From contig NIVC01003221.1 of NCBI GenBank assembly GCA_002269645.1, positions 10,726-74,725 of the forward strand: 64,000 nucleotides of DNA. Reading direction: 5' to 3'. The first letter of the stretch is position 1, and each line of letters begins with the position of its first letter. Positions 50,701-64,000 of this stretch are shown piece after piece. Both the position numbers and the translations under genes were made by a program. The notes below the pieces were generated by a model. That model did no database searches and had not been told where the DNA came from. It saw nothing but the letters and a program-made list of their open reading frames with translations. The DNA comes from Macrostomum lignano (Eukaryota).

Positions 50701-51625
50701 ATTTTCAGACAGCTGGACCTGTCTTTTTCAAATCATAAAAAACCCGACCCATCATCGTCCCGCAGGCTGACGAGCAGCGAATCACCCGCTACCAACCGGG
50801 CGAGGCCTACTCAGTTGAAGCCTCGTCAACCAGTCGTGACGTACCATACGGAGACGCATTTAGCACTTTTACAGCCTACCAGCTAACCTGCGCCGGGCCG
50901 GGCAGGTGTCGCCTCCGAGTCCTGTCCGAGCTTCGATTCCATCGCCAGCTCTTCCGTTTTGTACGCGGAGTTATTGACGCCTCCTGGCGTCGCGGTGTGA
51001 CGCAGCACTATGCCACCATGCGGACCAGCTTAACTGCGCACTTCAACTCGTCAAGCGCGTCAGCTGGCAACGCCTCGGTGGCAGCAGCCGCCGCCGCCAC
51101 CGCTAGCGCAGATTTGTCCGCCTCCGTGTCGGACGGATCCGACAATGTCGAAATCATTCCCGACGACTCTGTAGCGGCATCCCTATCGGATGGCAACTCT
51201 TCGGATCCGGCACTTACTTCCGCCGCTGGTGCTGCCGTTGTTGCCGCCGCCTCTGCCTCGGCTTCTACGATGTCAGTCTCATCGATATCAGCGTCGTTGT
51301 CGTCGGCGTCAGTTTGTCGTCGGCTTATTATCGCTTTATTGATTGCCAGCTTATTTCTGTGCGTCTGCTTCTCGCTGCTGCATAGTCGGTGCGATCGACT
51401 GAACGAACTGTTGATGGAAGCTACAGCGGGGTTGGCGCCTTCCCTCCTGTTTCTCCTGCTGCTGCTCCTCCTCCAGCTGCTGTTGTGTCTTCGTCCGACG
51501 TTGAATCAGTTGAATCTGAGCAGACTAGACAGCAGCTGGTGCAAATTATTGATGGCGCCATAGATTCGTTGGATCGGCTTTGCGCGACCCTGGCCGATTT
51601 GAGACTGCGTCTGCGTCGCCTTTAA
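44791..51625 (+). CDS. GRAMD1: GRAM and VASt domain sterol transporter GRAMD1/Aster-like, ~792 aa if two apparent 1-nt deletions are corrected
   Basis: Exons 44791-44817 (tentative), 45816-46636, 48375-48508, 49813-50347, 50766-51625. GRAM: PAYKQR..LF..ERLVTDCSCA..QGRLY..CFYS..TKERTARLIPNAI..YFLTS; then SYGNDLGLDSDD; VASt: DVPYGDAF..CRLRVLSELRF; then a TM helix and C-terminal helix. Frame breaks at ~50330 and ~51430. Confidence 0.9.
45095..45750. repeat. ~36-38-bp minisatellite with core GTGAGATTTTGAGATTTGTCTCTAC, GRAMD1 intron 1
   Basis: Visible. Confidence 0.92.
46690..48258. repeat. 41-bp minisatellite GTAGTTTTTAGCTGGTTTTGTAGGTGTAGGTCTTTGTTCCT, ~38 copies, GRAMD1 intron 2
   Basis: Visible. 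Confidence 0.95.
48870..49665. repeat. 32-bp minisatellite GATGATGAGGAACTAAAACAGGGAGACTGGGA, GRAMD1 intron 3
   Basis: Visible. Confidence 0.95.
50348..50705. repeat. 35-bp minisatellite GTGAGATTTTGAGACTTTATAGTGAGTCTGTCTGG, ~10 copies, GRAMD1 intron 4
   Basis: The first unit starts exactly at the donor GT (50348). Confidence 0.93.
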
Positions 51626-51754
51626 ATCCGATTCTTACTGGGATGAAGATCCTCTCTATAACTCTGGGCCGATTTTTATTACCTCTCCCTTACCCTGACC
51701 ACGTATAGTGTTATTTTGAGTCTCTAGTTTCTGCCTATCCCCGTTACCCTGGCC

Positions 51755-52325
51755 GATGGATAACTGTGCGGCGCAGGAATGTACGCTGTCTCTACTTACC
51801 GTACCCCCGCCTTGACACCCACCTCACTCCTTTTCTCGCGGCTTGACTGTTTCTCTCTATCCCACCCACAAAGTGGCTGTTGATAACCGTGCGGTGCAAC
51901 GTACACTGCAAATTGTTGACGCCCACCTCACTCCCTTACTTAACTGCTAGTAACATTGTTGCTTCGTTTGATTTTCCAGACTTCTATAAATCTATATAAC
52001 AGTCTAATTATCTATCCCTCCTCTCCCCACCTCCTGGACCAAGGACGATACTGTTAATACAATTGTCCACCGTCTCGTACCCCCCCCCTAATTGGTCGAT
52101 AATTGACTTTGGCGCACGAGTGTACACTGCTTCTCTTAACCCTCCCTCCACCCTAGACACCCACCCCACTCCCTGTCTCGCGGCTTGCTTAGTCATCACA
52201 AGAGAATTCGCGTTATCTCTACTCCCTAACTGGTCGATAATTGACTGTAGGGCACGAGTGTACACTGTCTCTCCTAACCTTCCCTCCACCCTAGACACCC
52301 ACCCCACTCCCTGTCTCGCGGCCTG
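51755..52325. repeat. Degenerate repeat of ~110-150-bp units (GATAA..GTACACTG..GACACCCACC(T/C)CACTCCC..CTCGCGGC)
   Basis: Two well-matched copies at ~52085-52190 and ~52225-52325; two diverged copies at ~51755 and ~51880. Confidence 0.75.
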
Positions 52326-53489
52326 TCTTCGTTTCACATTGTTACACAGAACCGATGAGTTCCCTATCCCTATTGCATTTTCCTATCATCCCCATCATTT
52401 CTTCTTAATTCGGCAAATATTCGGGGCACAATTTTATCGAATGATTTTTATTAAAAGAATTATTTGTCATCTGGGTCAATAGTGTATTTTAATTTAAACA
52501 ATAAAAGCACAGTAAAAATCTAAGCTTTTATATTGCATTTTGACCTATTTTTCTAATTTTTTCTTTATTGTTATCAACCTACAAATATAAGATAAAATCT
52601 ATTTTAAGCTATATAAGCTATAACTTCAAAATATTTCCTAGCCTTTACTTCCGTAGAGCCTGACCTTGTGTTGATCTTTATTTGCACTGTCTATAGCGAG
52701 CCCTTTTAATTGCCATGTATTTTTATTAAAGCACTTTCTCAAAGTAGAAGAAATTTTAAGCCTACATATCCTATTTTAGATAGCTAAAGAAGAGCACTGA
52801 TTACGTCATATTTTGCCTTGCACTTTTTTAGATTGATTTACTTTCTCGCAGTTTCTTTCTAAACTGATAAACTGAAGTTTAGTGTTTTCACATAGTTTTT
52901 TCAAAATGTTAGAAAATCCGTGTCTTGGATGCGTGCAATATATTTTATTCGAAATCTTTATTAGTCTAGTCTAAGTTCGCACACTCTTATAATATTGACA
53001 AGTAGTATTTTAAGTAGTATAGTGTGCGCGCAAAGCTTTCGAGCTCATTCGTTTGTCTTTGTCTATCTATTATCATTAGTTTGTTTGTCACGACTGTTTA
53101 ATCCCTATTGTTGATTTATCATTGTTTTTCCCTTCTTTAATTGCCATGCAGAATTTTGTTGATGGCCAGCAAGTTTTGTGAAGACAAATTTACTCGTATC
53201 TATTACCATATGCTTGTTGTCACTCTATATTGTCACAATCTTTTAATCGGAATTTGTGTTTTTTTCTCCCCATGATTTTCTGTCAAAGATGCAATTATTT
53301 ATTGAACATTCGATGCTTGTGTTTGAGACAATTTACGCTTTTCCCACAATAACTGCTGTTTTATAAAGCTTTTAAAACATCTACTAGAATATAAGCTATT
53401 GCCATAATGTCAACTCAGCCTACGACTCTGCTGACATGTAACAGTGTCTTTCTGCTTACCACAGCCATTCATTGCTGCATCTACTGTCT

Positions 53490-56190
53490 GTCTAGTGTCT
53501 CCCATCTGATTTCTGTCTATTCTCTCCCATCTAATCTCTGTCTATTCTCTCTCATCTAATCTCTGTCTATTCTCTCCCATCTAATCTCTGTCTATTCTCT
53601 CCCATCTAATCTCTGTCTATTCTCTCTCATCTAATCTCTGTCTATTCTCTCCCATCTAATCTCTGTCTATTCTCTCCTATCTAATCTCTGTCTATTCCCT
53701 CCCATCTAATCTATGTCTATTCCCTCCCATCTAATCTCTGTCTATTCCCTCCCATCTAATCTCTGTCTATTCTCTCCCATCTAATCTCTGTCTATTCTCT
53801 CCTATCTAATCTCTGTCTATTCCCTCCCATCTAATCTATGTCTATTCCCTCCCATCTAATCTATGTCTATTCCCTCCCATCTACTGTCTGTCTATTCTCT
53901 CCCATCTACTGTCTGTCTATTCTCTCCCATCTAATCTCTGTCTATTCTCTCCTATCTAATCTCTGTCTATTCCCTCCCATCTAATCTATGTCTATTCCCT
54001 CCCATCTAATCTATGTCTATTCCCTCCCATCTAATCTCTGTCTATTCTCTCCCATCTAATCTCTGTCTATTCTCTCCCATCTAATCTCTGTCTATTCTCT
54101 CTCATCTAATCTCTGTCTATTCTCTCCCATCTAATCTCTGTCTATTCTCTCCTATCTAATCTCTGTCTATTCCCTCCCATCTAATCTATGTCTATTCCCT
54201 CCCATCTAATCTCTGTCTATTCCCTCCCATCTAATCTCTGTCTATTCTCTCCCATCTAATCTCTGTCTATTCTCTCCTATCTAATCTCTGTCTATTCCCT
54301 CCCATCTAATCTATGTCTATTCCCTCCCATCTAATCTATGTCTATTCCCTCCCATCTAATCTCTGTCTATTCCCTCCCATCTAATCTCTGTCTATTCCCT
54401 CCCATCTAATCTCTGTCTATTCTCTCCCATCTGATCTCTGTCTATTCTCTCCCATCTAATCTCTGTCTATTCTCTCCCATCTAATCTCTGTCTATTCCCT
54501 CCCATCTAATCTATGTCTATTCCCTCCCATCTAATCTCTGTCTATTCCCTCCCATCTAATCTATGTCTATTCCCTCCCATCTAATCTCTGTCTATTCCCT
54601 CCCATCTAATCTCTGTCTATTCTCTCCCATCTAATCTCTGTCTATTCTCTCCCATCTAATCTCTGTCTATTCTCTCCCATCTAATCTCTGTCTATTCTCT
54701 CCCATCTAATCTCTGTCTAGTCTCTCCCATCTAATCTCTGTCTATTCTCTCCCATCTAATCTCTGTCTATTCTCTCCCATCTTATCTCTGTCTATTCTCT
54801 CCCATCTAATCTCTGTCTATTCTCTCCCATCTAATCTCTGTCTATTCTCTCCCATCTAATCTCTGTCTATTCTCTCCCATCTAATCTCTGTCTATTCTCT
54901 CCCATCTAATCTCTGTCTATTCTCTCCCATCTAATCTCTGTCTATTCTCTCCCATCTAATCTCTGTCTATTCTCTCCCATCTAATCTCTGTCTATTCTCT
55001 CCCATCTAATCTCTGTCTATTCTCTCCCATCTAATCTCTGTCTATTCTCTCCCATCTAATCTCTGTCTATTCTCTCCTATCTAATCTCTGTCTATTCCCT
55101 CCCATCTAATCTCTGTCTATTCTCTCCCATTTAATCTCTGTCTATTCTCTCCCATCTAATCTCTGTCTATTCTCTCCCATCTAATCTCTGTCTATTCTCT
55201 CCCATCTAATCTCTGTCTATTCTCTCCCATCTAATCTCTGTCTATTCTCTCCCATCTAATCTCTGTCTATTCTCTCCCATCTAATCTCTGTCTATTCTCT
55301 CCCATCTAATCTCTGTCTATTCTCTCCCATCTAATCTCTGTCTATTCTCTCCCATCTAATCTCTGTCTATTCTCTCCCATCTAATCTCTGTCTATTCTCT
55401 CCCATCTAATCTCTGTCTATTCTCTCCCATCTAATCTCTGTCTATTCTCTCCCATCTAATCTCTGTCTATTCTCTCCCATCTAATCTCTGTCTATTCTCT
55501 CCCATCTAATCTCTGTCTATTCTCTCCCATCTAATCTCTGTCTATTCTCTCCCATCTAATCTCTGTCTATTCTCTCCCATCTAATCTCTGTCTATTCTCT
55601 CCCATCTACTGTCTGTCTATTCTCTCCCATCTAATCTCTGTCTATTCTCTCCCATCTGATCTCTGTCTATTCTCTCCCATCTGATCTCTGTCTACTCTCT
55701 CCCATCTAATCTCTGTCTATTCTCTCCCATCTGATCTCTGTCTATTCTCTCCCATCTAATCTCTGTCTATTCTCTCCCATCTGATCTCTGTCTATTCTCT
55801 CCCATCTACTGTCTGTCTATTCTCTCCCATCTAATCTCTGTCTATTCTCTCCCATCTAATCTCTGTCTATTCTCTCCCATCTAATCTCTGTCTATTCTCT
55901 CCCATCTAATCTCTGTCTATTCTCTCCCATCTAATCTCTGTCTATTCTCTCCCATCTAATCTCTGTCTATTCTCTCCCATCTAATCTCTGTCTATTCTCT
56001 CCCATCTAATCTCTGTCTATTCTCTCCCATCTAATCTCTGTCTATTCTCTCCCATCTAATCTCTGTCTATTCTCTCCCATCTAATCTCTGTCTATTCTCT
56101 CCCATCTAATCTCTGTCTATTCTCTCCCATCTAATCTCTGTCTATTCTCTCCCATCTAATCTCTGTCTATTCTCTCCCATCTAATTTCTG
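53490..56190. repeat. 25-bp satellite TCTATTCTCTCCCATCTAATCTCTG, ~108 copies
   Basis: Visible; variants cluster in the 5' part, and the 3' part is homogeneous. Confidence 0.97.
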
Positions 56191-56856
56191 TCTACTCTTC
56201 CATCTCGTGTCTTGATGTCTATTCTCTCTCTCATCTGTCTATTCTCTCTAATCTAATCTTTCTCTTGTCTCTGTTTCCTCGTGTCGCTTTTCTCCAATCT
56301 CCTTCCTATGTTGTCCTAAAGTTCATTTATATTTTCAAATTTGTAGAAACACTTCTTATATATAAGGCGTTCTTATCGTTTATTTAAAAAACAGGCTTTT
56401 TCTTTTAATGACATCATATTTATAAACATTTGTTACAAACAGATTTTTTGCGAGCAGTTCGATTAATATTTCTGGTTTCATTCCTTTTGATTTTATTTAA
56501 TTTAGAGATGCTTTCTAATGCGCGTATTTTACTACTGTCAGCTATAGACATGCTTGGATCACAGATTTTGTATTTTATTGTGGAGAATTCCTATTGATTG
56601 TGCTTTTTTCGAATTCGCACCACAATCAATTGACTAAAGTTAAACAAAAAGCAAAGATTGCACTTCAGTAGTATGTAGTAGATTTGTGTGTTATTTCTTA
56701 TTTAAATTCTATTAATGTTCTGTCTTGTAAATGTTGATGGAATAAATATTTTGAGAACGAGTTTTACTCTGCCTGAATTTTAAACAATCCGTTCTGTGTC
56801 GACGTAAAAGCTACCGTGTTTTTTGACGTTAGTTAATTCATTTTCTTGTGCTGTTG

Positions 56857-64000
<7,144 letters not shown>

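Noticed and set aside
50325-51435. Programmed frameshifting in GRAMD1, and the Leu-rich second TM-like segment of ORF 50997..51563
   Set aside because: No slippery heptamer or stimulatory structure is present. Homopolymer indels explain the breaks, and the alternative frame carries the conserved C-terminus.

Overview
Eukaryotic (metazoan) genomic DNA. GC/Ala-rich exons and introns packed with tandem repeats suggest a flatworm such as Macrostomum, but that is inference only. From left to right the window holds: (1) the first coding exon of a minus-strand secreted protein (313-560), preceded by spliced upstream exons; (2) a 14-exon plus-strand CAMKL (HUNK/MARK-like) Ser/Thr kinase (3164-~18831); (3) about 12 kb of intergenic DNA rich in simple repeats; (4) a spalt/SALL C2H2 zinc-finger gene (30638-35280); (5) a full-length but decayed CsRn1-clade Ty3/gypsy LTR retrotransposon on the minus strand (38344-42699), with GTAT target-site duplication, tRNA-Trp-like PBS, CHCC gag and a GGGAAAC -1 frameshift site; (6) LRRC46 (42793-44683); (7) GRAMD1/Aster (44791-51625), apparently starting only 107 nt after the LRRC46 stop; (8) a 2.7-kb 25-bp satellite and a >7-kb (TATC)n/GATA block running off the window. 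Most long ORFs in the supplied track are artefacts of repeats. The most unusual observation is a localized C:G->T:A decay zone covering a 1-kb CpG-free block and only the left end of the retroelement. Also notable are a different minisatellite in almost every large intron (some carrying splice-site-like motifs) and possible operon-like or dicistronic gene packing. All gene models were built by hand from splice signals and phase consistency, without alignments.
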